NCBI GenBank assembly: GCA_938004065.1
Contig: CALKWM010000038.1
Span: 2,466 to 66,465 of the forward strand
DNA: 64,000 nucleotides
Direction: 5' to 3'
DNA from: an uncultured bacterium
GTDB taxonomy: Bacteria > Patescibacteriota > JAHJAL01
Shown piece by piece: positions 27,984 through 38,239 of the stretch. The position numbers and the translations under genes were made by a program. The notes below the pieces were generated by a model. That model had not been told where the DNA came from. It was given only the letters and a program-made list of their open reading frames with translations, and ran no database searches. Within the stretch, counting starts at the first letter, position 1, and every line of letters starts with the position of its first letter.

Positions 27984-30900
27984 TTATCTTCGAAGATCGC
28001 TTTGTTTTTGTTAAAGATCTGCATATATTTTTGATCGTCCAATTTGGCGAAACTGGCACGACCAATATGATGGACAAACACATCATCGGTCATTACAATC
28101 TTTTTGTCAATTTGTTTAAATTTATGGGAGAGGTCATCATCTTCAAACATACCAACTTCGTACTCTTCACTTAACAATCCGACTTTTTCCAAGTCTGATT
28201 TGCGGGCAATTGTGCAAAACAATGCTAACATTTTGTTTTCATTTATTATGTCCTGATTTTTGCGAGTATATTTCCAGGCAAATTGTTGCATGCCTTCAAT
28301 ATCTCGATAATCGACATCAATTTTTTGTTCATTGCCGATTGAGTTGGTTACCGGTCCCAAAAGCCCGATGTCGGGATTGGTTTCCATGTGATAAACCATA
28401 CCCCAAATCCAGTCATTGGTAACGATGGTGTCGTTGTTTAATAAAATTATATATTCACCTTCGGCAATTTTGATGCCTTGATTGTTGGCTTTGGCAAATC
28501 CCTTGTTATCCTGATTCAAGATAATTTTGATATTGGGAAAAATGTCTGAAATTTCCTGTAAATAAGCCGGGGTACTATCTGATGAATTATTGTCGATAAT
28601 TATTAATTCATAATTGGGGTAGCGAGAGTATTTGAAAATACTTTCCAGACAATTTTTGGTGTACTCGAGATTACCAAAAGTAACTATGACAATACTAACC
28701 GAAGGATATAGTTGGTAAATTTTTTTCTCAAAATCATCGACTCGTGATTTCCAGGAATTGGCCAGAGCAACGGCCTTGCGCTTGGATATGATTTCATTGT
28801 CATTTTCATCCAGAGCTTTTTGAATATTGTCGATAAACTCTTGCTGAGATTTGGAAAAATAACAAATGTCTTGGTGATCTTTTAGTTCCGGAAGTTCGAC
28901 TGTTACAACCGCTTTCCCGGAAGAAATGTATTCGTAGAATTTAACCGGATTGGTGGCCAAAGTAAGATTATTGATTTTGAACGGGATCAGACAAACATCA
29001 AAACAAGAAAGTAAATTGGGTAATTCTTCATATTTTTTTTCGCCCAAGAGATGAACATTGGGCAGATTTTCGATTGGTCGTAAATCCGCACCATAGGTGT
29101 TGCCGATCAAGACAAAACTGTAATTTGGATAATGTTTGGCACAGCGGGCCACTAATTCACAATCAAACCAATCAGATATGGCACCATAATAGCCAATGAT
29201 CGGTTTTTTGATTAATGACTCTTGACATGAAGGTAGATTGGCAAAGTGCTTGATATCACTCCCATTTCGTATCAATGCCGTGTTTTGATTGTATTCATGG
29301 GCTTTTTGGTGTAGAGATACAGATGTTGTGATCACACAATCTGACGATGATAATAAATCATTTTCCAGATCTGATTGTTTGGTAGTATTGGTGGAAAAAC
29401 CGGAATGATCATCCATGCAGTCATAGACAATTTTGTTGCGACTAATTGTTTTAACCAAAGAAAACCAAAATGGTTGATGAACAATGGAAACACTATGACC
29501 TATTTTAAATTTGTCTTTGATGATACTGATAGACTTTTGCAGAATATTGACTTGATCTGGAGCAAGAGTGTCTTGATAGATATTAATATCCTGGGTACTT
29601 GGCAACTGAATTTGGTAAATATTTTCACAAATATTGCCAATCTTGATAGATTTTTCCAAATCAGTAGAATCGGTCCGGTTGAAAGTTGGGGAAAAATAAA
29701 ACACTCGGTGTCCCCTCTTGGCCAGTCGGGAAATAATCTGTTGCGGTCTTTGATAGCGACCATGCCAATCGATAACAGGAAAAACAAAAATATCGAGCAT
29801 AGTCTCGCGATGCAGAGTATCATCAATCAGGTCAGGATCAACTTTGTCGAGAGTGAGTTGCAAGACGCTATTGTTGGGAATGCCCGAAAACAAGCGGTGA
29901 TAGACGGGTTTGATAGTATTTTTTATGGGTTGCGGAATGTATGGAGCGAGTTTGTCGAGTTGTCGCTTGGTCTGGATGCGGGTATTGATGGTTGATTTTT
30001 TGATAAAATCCATACCTGATCGAAGAGGTTGGGTTAGTTTCCAGGAGGTGGAGGATTCTAATTCTTGGAGGCGGGATTTTAATAACGAATTTTCATTTTC
30101 TTTATCAACCAAATTCTTTAACTTTGCTTCAAGTTGGATTATTTTCTGGTCTTTTGCAAAAATATCTTCATTGAGAACAGAAAGTCGGTTTTTTAAATCC
30201 AAAATATGATTTGCAGATTTTGAAATTGAGATTTTTTTCTGAAGCTCAAGCTCCCACATATAAAAATATTTCCAATAATCGATCCATTCTTCATCTGATA
30301 TTTCATGTAAAATAATTTTTGATATTGTATTTTTGCATAGCTTATGAAACCAGAAGTCTTTTTTGAATATTAATTCCCTAAATTTGCTTGGACTATCCGA
30401 TGGTATCGTGTTTTCTAGAGAAAGAAGTTGCTGAAAAAAATTGTGGAAAAACCTCAAAGTAGGGATAATTTTGTTAGTGGTAGTGACTAATTCCCAATCA
30501 ATTATCCAATTGGAGTCATTGTTGTAGAAAATATTTTGAGCGATTAGATCGCAGTTTTGTGAATTTTTATCTCGAAGTATAAGATATTTTGATTCAAAAA
30601 AAGTCATTTCTTTCGTGGAATCTATTTGAAAAGGAGATGCAGTCGAAATATGAATATCTTGAAAAGTGTTAAACAAATCTAACCAGTCAAAAAACAGTTT
30701 GTTTGTGATTTTTTCAATATTGTCAGATTTGCATTTTTCGATAATCTTTTGCCACGAGATACCTGATGCCGGTTTTTCGAAATAGACTAGATGGTTGCTG
30801 AAAGTATATTTGTCTACCGTAACAGGAATATTTGGAAATTTTGAGGAATATATTTTTTTTACATCGTCTTCAAATCTAATAACTCTGCCAGAATCTTCGT

Positions 30901-31084
30901 TTTTGGCAATCTTGGTAATTAGAAAAGGGTTTTTTGTTCCTTGGATAAACCAGAGTACAATTATTTTCGAGTAATCTAAAATTTTGTTGGGATTGGAGTT
31001 GATCTGAATAAAAGATATATCATCTGACTCAAGATTGAATCTTATTTTGTTTTCTAAAATATATTGTTTTATCTTGTAGATCAT
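27938..31084 (-). CDS. multidomain glycosyltransferase (N-terminal unknown domain, coiled coil, GT1/GT4-like domain, C-terminal GT2 domain)
   Basis: GT2 signature VSIVIVTFGNLEYT...IIDNNSSD...GFAKANNQG...LLNNDT. GT4-like EX7E region KFYEYISSGKAVV. Coiled coil around LEAKLKNLVDKENE. Confidence 0.7.
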   Translation of the reverse strand: MIYKIKQYILENKIRFNLESDDISFIQINSNPNKILDYSKIIVLWFIQGTKNPFLITKIAKNEDSGRVIRFEDDVKKIYSSKFPNIPVTVDKYTFSNHLVYFEKPASGISWQKIIEKCKSDNIEKITNKLFFDWLDLFNTFQDIHISTASPFQIDSTKEMTFFESKYLILRDKNSQNCDLIAQNIFYNNDSNWIIDWELVTTTNKIIPTLRFFHNFFQQLLSLENTIPSDSPSKFRELIFKKDFWFHKLCKNTISKIILHEISDEEWIDYWKYFYMWELELQKKISISKSANHILDLKNRLSVLNEDIFAKDQKIIQLEAKLKNLVDKENENSLLKSRLQELESSTSWKLTQPLRSGMDFIKKSTINTRIQTKRQLDKLAPYIPQPIKNTIKPVYHRLFSGIPNNSVLQLTLDKVDPDLIDDTLHRETMLDIFVFPVIDWHGRYQRPQQIISRLAKRGHRVFYFSPTFNRTDSTDLEKSIKIGNICENIYQIQLPSTQDINIYQDTLAPDQVNILQKSISIIKDKFKIGHSVSIVHQPFWFSLVKTISRNKIVYDCMDDHSGFSTNTTKQSDLENDLLSSSDCVITTSVSLHQKAHEYNQNTALIRNGSDIKHFANLPSCQESLIKKPIIGYYGAISDWFDCELVARCAKHYPNYSFVLIGNTYGADLRPIENLPNVHLLGEKKYEELPNLLSCFDVCLIPFKINNLTLATNPVKFYEYISSGKAVVTVELPELKDHQDICYFSKSQQEFIDNIQKALDENDNEIISKRKAVALANSWKSRVDDFEKKIYQLYPSVSIVIVTFGNLEYTKNCLESIFKYSRYPNYELIIIDNNSSDSTPAYLQEISDIFPNIKIILNQDNKGFAKANNQGIKIAEGEYIILLNNDTIVTNDWIWGMVYHMETNPDIGLLGPVTNSIGNEQKIDVDYRDIEGMQQFAWKYTRKNQDIINENKMLALFCTIARKSDLEKVGLLSEEYEVGMFEDDDLSHKFKQIDKKIVMTDDVFVHHIGRASFAKLDDQKYMQIFNKNKAIFEDKWGPWIPHQPRKKKG

Positions 31085-31086
31085 GA

Positions 31087-32124
31087 TTATTTTTCTGAAA
31101 TAATGAAGTATGAAGAAACTTTACCTTGTAACTCTTCGGAATTACTTTTTTCCAGTAATTCCAATTCCTGTTTGACTGCGGTTTTTTCGTAGTCATTGAA
31201 AATATTTATTGGTAATACTTTTTCGTATAGATATTGCAGATTTTCAATATTGTCGATTTCGATTATTGCTTGATTGTCTTTGTACGATTTGACCGGATAA
31301 TAATATTTGGTTTTTTGGGTATAAAAACCGGCTTCTTTGAGAAGTTGTTGATAACCATTCATATCATAGGTGTATGTTCGATAGTCTTTTTTGTGTTTTT
31401 CTTGCATCATTGAATTGGCCGTTGCTCTATCTTGATATGATATCTGTGGTAATCCGGCATGATCGTCAGGAGCTCCGGCAAAATACTTGAGTCCATGAGA
31501 ATTTTCGATTCCGATTACTAACTGCCCTTCTTTTTTAAGCACTCTTCTGATTTCTTGCAAAGCTTGTAACTGGATGTCTCTGGGATCACCACTGGCAAAT
31601 CCTTCCGGTATCCACTCCAAAACACCTACCAAAAAAACGAAGTCGATTGTATCGTCTACAAGTGGCAATTTAGTGGTGTGGGAAACAAAATATTCATTTT
31701 TCTCATGTTTGGCTTGAATGCATCTGGTTTTTACAAAATCCACTTTGATTGGATTGGCATCAGTTGCGTAGACCTTTTGACACATACTAGAAAGTGGTTC
31801 GGTGATTTGTCCCCAACCACAGCCGATATCCAGACAAATCTTGTCTTCGAGATCAAGTAGATATAAAAAATCAGCTCTGTTTTGTGAGGTGATAATATGA
31901 TTGAGCCAAGGATTGTCGGCCGTGTATTTTTGGACTACCTCGAGCCATGGTTTTTGCTTTGACTCTTTGATTATTTTTTCTAGTATCGGAGTGTCTGAGT
32001 ATTCTATAATTGACTTGGTACGGAAATCAATGATGTTGTTTTGTTGCAAAAAAGTTTTGGAACATCGATTACAGGTATCGACGGACAAATTATGATGACA
32101 AATTGGACAGACAAATTTGGACAT
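31087..32124 (-). CDS. class I SAM-dependent methyltransferase with N-terminal zinc-ribbon
   Basis: CPICHHNL..CNRC ribbon, motif I LDIGCGWGQ. Confidence 0.6.
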   Translation of the reverse strand: MSKFVCPICHHNLSVDTCNRCSKTFLQQNNIIDFRTKSIIEYSDTPILEKIIKESKQKPWLEVVQKYTADNPWLNHIITSQNRADFLYLLDLEDKICLDIGCGWGQITEPLSSMCQKVYATDANPIKVDFVKTRCIQAKHEKNEYFVSHTTKLPLVDDTIDFVFLVGVLEWIPEGFASGDPRDIQLQALQEIRRVLKKEGQLVIGIENSHGLKYFAGAPDDHAGLPQISYQDRATANSMMQEKHKKDYRTYTYDMNGYQQLLKEAGFYTQKTKYYYPVKSYKDNQAIIEIDNIENLQYLYEKVLPINIFNDYEKTAVKQELELLEKSNSEELQGKVSSYFIISEK

Positions 32125-32155
32125 TATTAATGTTTTCTAAAAATAACTCAAAAAT

Positions 32156-32995
32156 ATGATATCTGTAGTAGTGATTATCTATAATATGAAAAGAGAGGTA
32201 GAAAGGACATTCTACTCGCTGTCTAAATTATATCAGAAAGAAGCTAAAAATGGTTATGAAATAATTGTGGTGGACAATGGTTCTGATGAAAGATTATCAG
32301 ATGATTTTATCCTGAGTTTTGGAGATAATTTCAAATATTATTATTTGGAGAATGCTTCTGCTTCTCCCGCTAGCGCTGTGAATTTTGGGGCTAGCAAGGT
32401 CACAGGTGATATTATTGGGATTGTGATAGATGGTGCGAGAATAATATCAGATGCTGTTATTAGAAAAACAGAGAATGTCTTTGAGAAATGGAACAATCCA
32501 ATCGTAGCAGTACTTGGGTATCATTTGGGACCGGATTTGCAGTCAAAATCCATTCAAAATGGTTATTGTCAAAACGTGGAAGATAAAATACTTGAAGAAA
32601 TCGATTGGAAAAATAATCCAAACAAATTATTTGAGGTGTCGGTGCTGGCCGGTTCTAATCCTGAAGGTATGGATGGTTCTATTGCCGAGTCTAATTGTAT
32701 GTTTATCAAAAAAAGTACTTTCGAAAAAATCGGTGGGATGGATGCCAGATTTAACTCTCCAGGAGGTGGGTTGGTAAATTTGGATTTTTTTAAAAGATTA
32801 CTAGAACTGAATGACGTTCAACTGGTACTATTGAGAGATGAAGGAAGTTTTCATCAGATACATGGAGGGATAATGTCGAATGTGTCAGGAGAGGAAAAGT
32901 CGATTGAAAATTTTATAAAATACTTAGAGGAGTATAAGAAAATTACCGGCAAAGATTATGAGGTGCCGATAATAAATAATAGAGTTATTATTTAG
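32156..32995 (+). CDS. family 2 glycosyltransferase
   Basis: VVVIIYNMKREVERT...IIVVDNGSDE typical of the GT2 N-terminal region. Confidence 0.65.
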   Translation: MISVVVIIYNMKREVERTFYSLSKLYQKEAKNGYEIIVVDNGSDERLSDDFILSFGDNFKYYYLENASASPASAVNFGASKVTGDIIGIVIDGARIISDAVIRKTENVFEKWNNPIVAVLGYHLGPDLQSKSIQNGYCQNVEDKILEEIDWKNNPNKLFEVSVLAGSNPEGMDGSIAESNCMFIKKSTFEKIGGMDARFNSPGGGLVNLDFFKRLLELNDVQLVLLRDEGSFHQIHGGIMSNVSGEEKSIENFIKYLEEYKKITGKDYEVPIINNRVII

Positions 32996-32996
32996 A

Positions 32997-34139
32997 TTAT
33001 TTGACAATCCAAGAATGATTAATTTCGACAAGACCTCGATATTTTTGATTTCCAATAATTTCAAATTTGAACGCTTGTCCAACAAAATCCAGAAATTTGA
33101 TTTCATCTTTATTAAAACATACTACATTTATGTAATAATTGCCCGGAAGTAAACTTTGTTTTCGTAATATTGTTTCTATTGTTCCGTTTTTAAAAGGTTT
33201 GATTTTTATTTTGTCATGCGAAGTATTGAATCCAAAAATATACTCATTTAAATTGTCCGAATATATGCCCAACCCAAAATTTATTGATTTCGAAACATCC
33301 ATAGCCTGATATTTGATTGTAATTTTTATATCTTCCTTGGTTTTATAAATATTTTTATCACAATTTACACTACGGATCGAGACCTTAGAATTTTCAATTT
33401 TTCTGATTGTAGAAAACACATGAGACTGAATGTATCGGTTTACAATTTTTTTGGCATTATCAAAACTCTTAATTTTTCCTGACTCCATCCATATGACTTT
33501 GTCAGAAAAATTCACAATCTGTTTGAGATTGTGTGAAACAAACACAATTGTTTTTCCCTTTTCTTTAATCTCTTCAAATTTTTGAAAACATTTTTGTTGA
33601 AAACTAACATCCCCAACAGCCAATACTTCATCCAATAAGAGATTATCGAAATCGGCGTGGATGGCGACGGAAAATGCCAATCTAACATACATGCCGGAAG
33701 AAAAATGCTTTAATGGGGTATTGATGAATTTTTCTAATTCAGAGAAAGATATAATGTCATTGAGTTTTTCATCTATTTGAGACTTGGTCATGCCGAGAAG
33801 TGAGCCGTAGAGATAGATGTTGTCCAAGGCGGAAAGTTCTTCTTGAAAACCGACACCGAGCTCAAGAAATGGGCTGACTTTGCCGTTTATTTCAATTTTC
33901 CCAGTATCGGGCTCTATGATGCCGGCGAGAATTTTGAGCAAGGTGCTTTTGCCACAACCGTTTTGGCCGATAATTCCGATAAACTCTCCTTTTTTGATGT
34001 CAAAACTAATGTCGTCCAGAACTGTTAGTTTTTGACGAGTGCCACCAAACACATTGAGTAATGTGTATTTTAGTGACCGGGAAGAGACGGAATTGATCAT
34101 GAAGGACTTGGATAGGTTTTTTATTTTGATGGCGCGCAT
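32997..34139 (-). CDS. wzt: polysaccharide ABC transporter ATP-binding protein (Wzt/TagH-like with C-terminal extension)
   Basis: Walker A GQNGCGKSTLLK, signature FSSGMYVRLAFS, Walker B LLLDEVLAVGD. ~150-aa C-terminal carbohydrate-binding-type extension. Confidence 0.85.
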   Translation of the reverse strand: MRAIKIKNLSKSFMINSVSSRSLKYTLLNVFGGTRQKLTVLDDISFDIKKGEFIGIIGQNGCGKSTLLKILAGIIEPDTGKIEINGKVSPFLELGVGFQEELSALDNIYLYGSLLGMTKSQIDEKLNDIISFSELEKFINTPLKHFSSGMYVRLAFSVAIHADFDNLLLDEVLAVGDVSFQQKCFQKFEEIKEKGKTIVFVSHNLKQIVNFSDKVIWMESGKIKSFDNAKKIVNRYIQSHVFSTIRKIENSKVSIRSVNCDKNIYKTKEDIKITIKYQAMDVSKSINFGLGIYSDNLNEYIFGFNTSHDKIKIKPFKNGTIETILRKQSLLPGNYYINVVCFNKDEIKFLDFVGQAFKFEIIGNQKYRGLVEINHSWIVK

Positions 34140-34237
34140 TTGAAAAGAATTACTAATGACTAATTACAAATTACTAATGAAAAAATATAAATCGAAAAGA
34201 AGATAATAATCGCAACATAATAGAAATTAAGGAAATG

Positions 34238-34280
34238 GATCCCGGATAATCTAGCGCTTCGCTTAGATTTCCGGGATGAC
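34238..34280. repeat. hairpin element GGATCCCGGATAATCTAGCGCTTCGCTTAGATTTCCGGGATGACA between wzt and wzm
   Basis: Variant of the GGATCC...GGATGACA hairpin family. Confidence 0.55.
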
Positions 34281-34332
34281 AACAATAGTAAATTTCTTTC
34301 GGACCCGAGAGATCTTTGTTGGGGCATGAAAG

Positions 34333-35100
34333 CTACAGTTGCTCGGCGAAGGAACGTTGGGAGCGTTGAAAAATAACTAGTCCTAAAATTAATATAAGAA
34401 AAATTCCAAAAAGATGAAGCCAGGGATAATATGGGAGAGTCGGATAATCAAACGTAATAAATATCAGGCGAAAGTCGGTGATAATTTGGGCGATTGGGTT
34501 AATCATCAGATATTTATCATATGGTGAGGTAATCATACTAAAAGGGTAAATGATGGGAGTGGCGTAAAAAAATATTTGCAGAAATAATTCCCAGATATAC
34601 GATATGTCACGATAGCGGACATACAAACTAGACAAGATTAGTGCTAGTGAGAATCCCAAAACCCATAGTTCAATGATATAAAGTGGAGCCAATAAAGTTT
34701 TCAGGTGAAAAACATCGATCTTGAAAATTATCATGAGAATAATCAGAACCATAACATTGAAAGATAAATTTATCAAAGCGCTGAAAGATGAGACTAGTAC
34801 AATAATTATCCTAGGAAAATAGATTTTTTTGATCAAGGAGGAACGTTGGACGATTGAATGTAGCCCATTGGTGGTAACTTCGACAAAAAAATTCCACAAG
34901 ACTATACCGATGAGCAAATACATCGGAAAATTGGGAACGGAATCGCCAAAACGGAGCATTTGGGCGAATACTATATAGAGAACCAAAAACAATCCTAGTG
35001 GCTTCAAAAACGACCAGAGATATCCCAAGACCGACCCCGAGTAGCGGAGTTTGAAGTCGGTGTAAGTGAGTTGGCGGATTATTTCGAGGTTTTGTTTCAT
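34333..35100 (-). CDS. wzm: ABC-2 type polysaccharide exporter permease (Wzm/TagG-like)
   Basis: 6-TM ABC-2 permease immediately upstream of wzt. Overlaps the next gene by 4 nt. Confidence 0.8.
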   Translation of the reverse strand: MKQNLEIIRQLTYTDFKLRYSGSVLGYLWSFLKPLGLFLVLYIVFAQMLRFGDSVPNFPMYLLIGIVLWNFFVEVTTNGLHSIVQRSSLIKKIYFPRIIIVLVSSFSALINLSFNVMVLIILMIIFKIDVFHLKTLLAPLYIIELWVLGFSLALILSSLYVRYRDISYIWELFLQIFFYATPIIYPFSMITSPYDKYLMINPIAQIITDFRLIFITFDYPTLPYYPWLHLFGIFLILILGLVIFQRSQRSFAEQL

Positions 35101-35867
35101 TTGATCTTTTTCAATACAAAATAATGATGAAGGCCAACTAGCGTCATAATGGGACTGATAATGTATTCGAAAGCTTTGAGAGCAGGAAAGGCAAAGTTGG
35201 GAAGTTTTTGATCAAGCCAGATTCCACCTGTAGCAATATAGCGGATAAATCCAAATGGTTTATGATAGACCAGTTTAAATTGAGGGAATAATTTCTGAAA
35301 TTTTTCTTTGTCTCTTTTGAGAAGTAAATAACTCAGGGCTTGATTACTACCGGACATAGGACCGGACTTTTCTAGTTGCCACACAGATGCGTATTCGTCG
35401 AACGGCTCGGGATGGATATTTTTGTATAGATATTTGGCAAGCGGACTCCAGTATGGCTCTACCATAACCAATCCCCCACCCGAGATTAATACTCTGTCTG
35501 CTTCATGAAAAAATTTGGTGACATCGGGAATGTGGTGTAGGACATGCACGGCGAATATTGAATTGAGAGAATTGTTATCAAAGGGAATATTTTGGGCATC
35601 AATGATATGATCGACATTTTCCACTTCTTTGACGTCTGAGGTAATAATATCAGGATACAAATCTTTTAAGAAACCTCCACCTGAACCAAGTTCGAGTATT
35701 TTATCACCATCATCGAGAAATTTTTTATTTAGCGACATCATATGATGATAAATTTCTGAGTAAACGTCGTTTAGACATTTCTTGTTTCTCATAATTTCTA
35801 CCGCTTGCAAGGTAGTCTCGGGAGAGTCAAAGTCTATCTCCTGATATTCTTTTGGTTGGATAATCAT
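35097..35867 (-). CDS. class I SAM-dependent methyltransferase
   Basis: Motif I ILELGSGGGFL, acidic residue DIITSD. Confidence 0.65.
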   Translation of the reverse strand: MIIQPKEYQEIDFDSPETTLQAVEIMRNKKCLNDVYSEIYHHMMSLNKKFLDDGDKILELGSGGGFLKDLYPDIITSDVKEVENVDHIIDAQNIPFDNNSLNSIFAVHVLHHIPDVTKFFHEADRVLISGGGLVMVEPYWSPLAKYLYKNIHPEPFDEYASVWQLEKSGPMSGSNQALSYLLLKRDKEKFQKLFPQFKLVYHKPFGFIRYIATGGIWLDQKLPNFAFPALKAFEYIISPIMTLVGLHHYFVLKKIK

Positions 35868-36245
35868 TTAAATAGTTTCTTGATTAAAACCGGCGATGAT
35901 AAATATGCCAATAATTATCAAAAATGTTCCCAATAAATGCGACCAGCTGATATTCTCGTGAATAACCATATATGCAGCCAAAAAATTGAAAATATATGTC
36001 AAAGCTGTTAGAGGGATAACCAAGGAAAGTTGGTAGTGGGATAAAAGATAAAAGAACAGAATCATAGATATGCCGTAAAATATTATTCCTAGTATGATTT
36101 TGAATGACAAGAAAAGTGAAATAATGTTTCCGGGGTTTTGGAATGTAAAAGGGTTGGTGGCAAGCTCCAACTTCCAGAAAGTATTGGCGGCGGCATTGAG
36201 CAATGTCGCTAGTAAAATTGGAATTAATAATTTGAGAATGCTCAT
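35868..36245 (-). CDS. small 4-TM membrane protein (SMR/DMT-like, candidate lipid-linked sugar flippase subunit)
   Basis: 125 aa with four hydrophobic segments. Size and context resemble ArnE/ArnF or GtrA-type proteins. Confidence 0.4.
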   Translation of the reverse strand: MSILKLLIPILLATLLNAAANTFWKLELATNPFTFQNPGNIISLFLSFKIILGIIFYGISMILFFYLLSHYQLSLVIPLTALTYIFNFLAAYMVIHENISWSHLLGTFLIIIGIFIIAGFNQETI

Positions 36246-37144
36246 TTTTTGAGATATTTATTGATAATTGCAAAAGTTTCATTGGCATGTTTTTGAGAGG
36301 AAAGACCAATGACGATATTTTTGATTTTGGGTAGTGAGAAAAGATAATCGTAAGCTTCATGGGGATCGATAGAGCCAGATGCCAAGGTGGCCATGGCTAA
36401 AACTTTGTAATTGTTTTTCGTGAGCGCTTTTTCGCAAGCTTTTCGACTGGGATTCATAAGAAACCCGCGTTTGTTGAAAGATGCCATGACAATGGTGTTT
36501 TTTATTCCCGATTTTTTAAGAAGCTGGCAAAACTTGGGGTAGTTGAGAGTGCAAAATGCAGGAATAACTCCATATTTTTTTTGGATATAGTCATAGTAAC
36601 TACGGATAACATTGGTCATCTGATACCCTAGCGCCAAATCACTAAGTGCATTGTGAAGAAAGACTGCTTTGAGATTGAGATCAAAGAATGGGTTGAGCTC
36701 GGCATCGACAAGCCGATTGGTAATGGAAAGATAGTTATTGGTAGCAACAGCATATGCACTTTTGGCAAAATACTCTGTGGATTTTAAAAAACTTTGTCCT
36801 TTAAAAACGGTTTTAATCGATTCATACATACCCATTTCACTGGCCATGCGAACATACTTGACAATATAAGGAAGGTTGACATAGATATTGAGATTTTTTT
36901 TAAGTGCAGAATCACCGCGAATCATATCTGTAATTTCATAGATTCGAGGATGTGTGGAAAATACGATACCATTTACTCCTTTATCCATAGCATAATGGAT
37001 GATTTTTTTAATTTCCGACATATCTTTGAATTTTTTTTCGCTGATTTTTCCTTTTTCCTGAGACATATGATTAACACCGAAGAATTGATTGTCTCCAAGA
37101 ATAATTGGGTCGATATCAGCTGTATTAATAAATTTCTGATTCAT
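36242..37144 (-). CDS. hypothetical protein (possible TIM-barrel sugar-modifying enzyme)
   Basis: 300-aa ORF in operon context. No diagnostic motif. Confidence 0.35.
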   Translation of the reverse strand: MNQKFINTADIDPIILGDNQFFGVNHMSQEKGKISEKKFKDMSEIKKIIHYAMDKGVNGIVFSTHPRIYEITDMIRGDSALKKNLNIYVNLPYIVKYVRMASEMGMYESIKTVFKGQSFLKSTEYFAKSAYAVATNNYLSITNRLVDAELNPFFDLNLKAVFLHNALSDLALGYQMTNVIRSYYDYIQKKYGVIPAFCTLNYPKFCQLLKKSGIKNTIVMASFNKRGFLMNPSRKACEKALTKNNYKVLAMATLASGSIDPHEAYDYLFSLPKIKNIVIGLSSQKHANETFAIINKYLKK

Positions 37145-38150
37145 TGATTTTTATTAATTGATTGTTTGACGAAGATCTGTAAATACAATCAATGAGATAT
37201 TGCACATAGAGAGCGGTCTTGATATTTGTACCGGGTTGTTTTTGATTGAGAATGCTGTCTACAAAATCATTCATTTGAGAACTATAATTGGGGCCACCGA
37301 TATCTATATTGTATCCGGAATAAAGCTCGGGATAATAAATTTCCTTGATCATTTTTCCATTTTTCTCTATGTGAATGGTTTGATCGGTGACTGTCATAGT
37401 ACCTTTAGAACCAGTGATAATCATCTTGGCATATGATTTGCGGTGTTCGGGTTTGCTCCAAGAAGAATATAGATTAGCTTTGATATTGTTTTTGAAATTT
37501 ATATCAACATTGACTTCGTCTTCTACATCTAATGAATACAATTGAGCTGTCTTGCCTTTCACAGAATCTACCTTGCCAAAATACCATGTGAGCAAATCAA
37601 GCATATGGACTGAGAAATCAAGCAGAACTCCCCCGCCAGCAATGGATTTTTGAAATCGCCAACCTTTTTGGGGAGAAAGGACGTCACAGATGTGCATAAA
37701 TGATTTAACAGTTTCAATTTCTCCAATTATTTTTTCTTGTAATATTTGCCTGCCTTTAATAAAAGTTGGAACATAACGCATACAAAAAGCCACTAGATTG
37801 ATTGCGGATAAATCTTTGGTGGTATCGTAAAGTTTTTTGGCGTCAAGTAGATTTGTACTTAATGGTTTTTCGATGAACAGATGGATATTCTTTTTGGCGG
37901 CTTTAAGAGCTATTGGCACATGGCAAAATGTGGGGGTGGAAATAATGAGTGCGTTAACATCGGAATTTTGCAGTAAATCATCCTCAGATGTGTAAAATTG
38001 TATATCAGGCATTACAGAATGATATGCTTTGACCATGAAGGAAGACTTGTCAGCTACTGCAATCAAATTACATTTTTCATGGGCATTTATTAATGCTCCG
38101 TGAAGCATTCCCATTTTACCAAATCCGATGATTCCAGCATTAATTTTCAT
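37125..38150 (-). CDS. Gfo/Idh/MocA-family NAD(P)-dependent sugar oxidoreductase
   Basis: Rossmann INAGIIGFGKMGMLHG at the N-terminus. Length and pattern typical of UDP-sugar dehydrogenases in O-antigen loci. Confidence 0.75.
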   Translation of the reverse strand: MKINAGIIGFGKMGMLHGALINAHEKCNLIAVADKSSFMVKAYHSVMPDIQFYTSEDDLLQNSDVNALIISTPTFCHVPIALKAAKKNIHLFIEKPLSTNLLDAKKLYDTTKDLSAINLVAFCMRYVPTFIKGRQILQEKIIGEIETVKSFMHICDVLSPQKGWRFQKSIAGGGVLLDFSVHMLDLLTWYFGKVDSVKGKTAQLYSLDVEDEVNVDINFKNNIKANLYSSWSKPEHRKSYAKMIITGSKGTMTVTDQTIHIEKNGKMIKEIYYPELYSGYNIDIGGPNYSSQMNDFVDSILNQKQPGTNIKTALYVQYLIDCIYRSSSNNQLIKINESEIY

Positions 38151-38239
38151 GTATTTAATGAATCATGTTTATAATTAATATATATGCAAACAAATGCTTG
38201 CATGCGTGAAGTCTGATATCTTTTTATATTATCTAATAT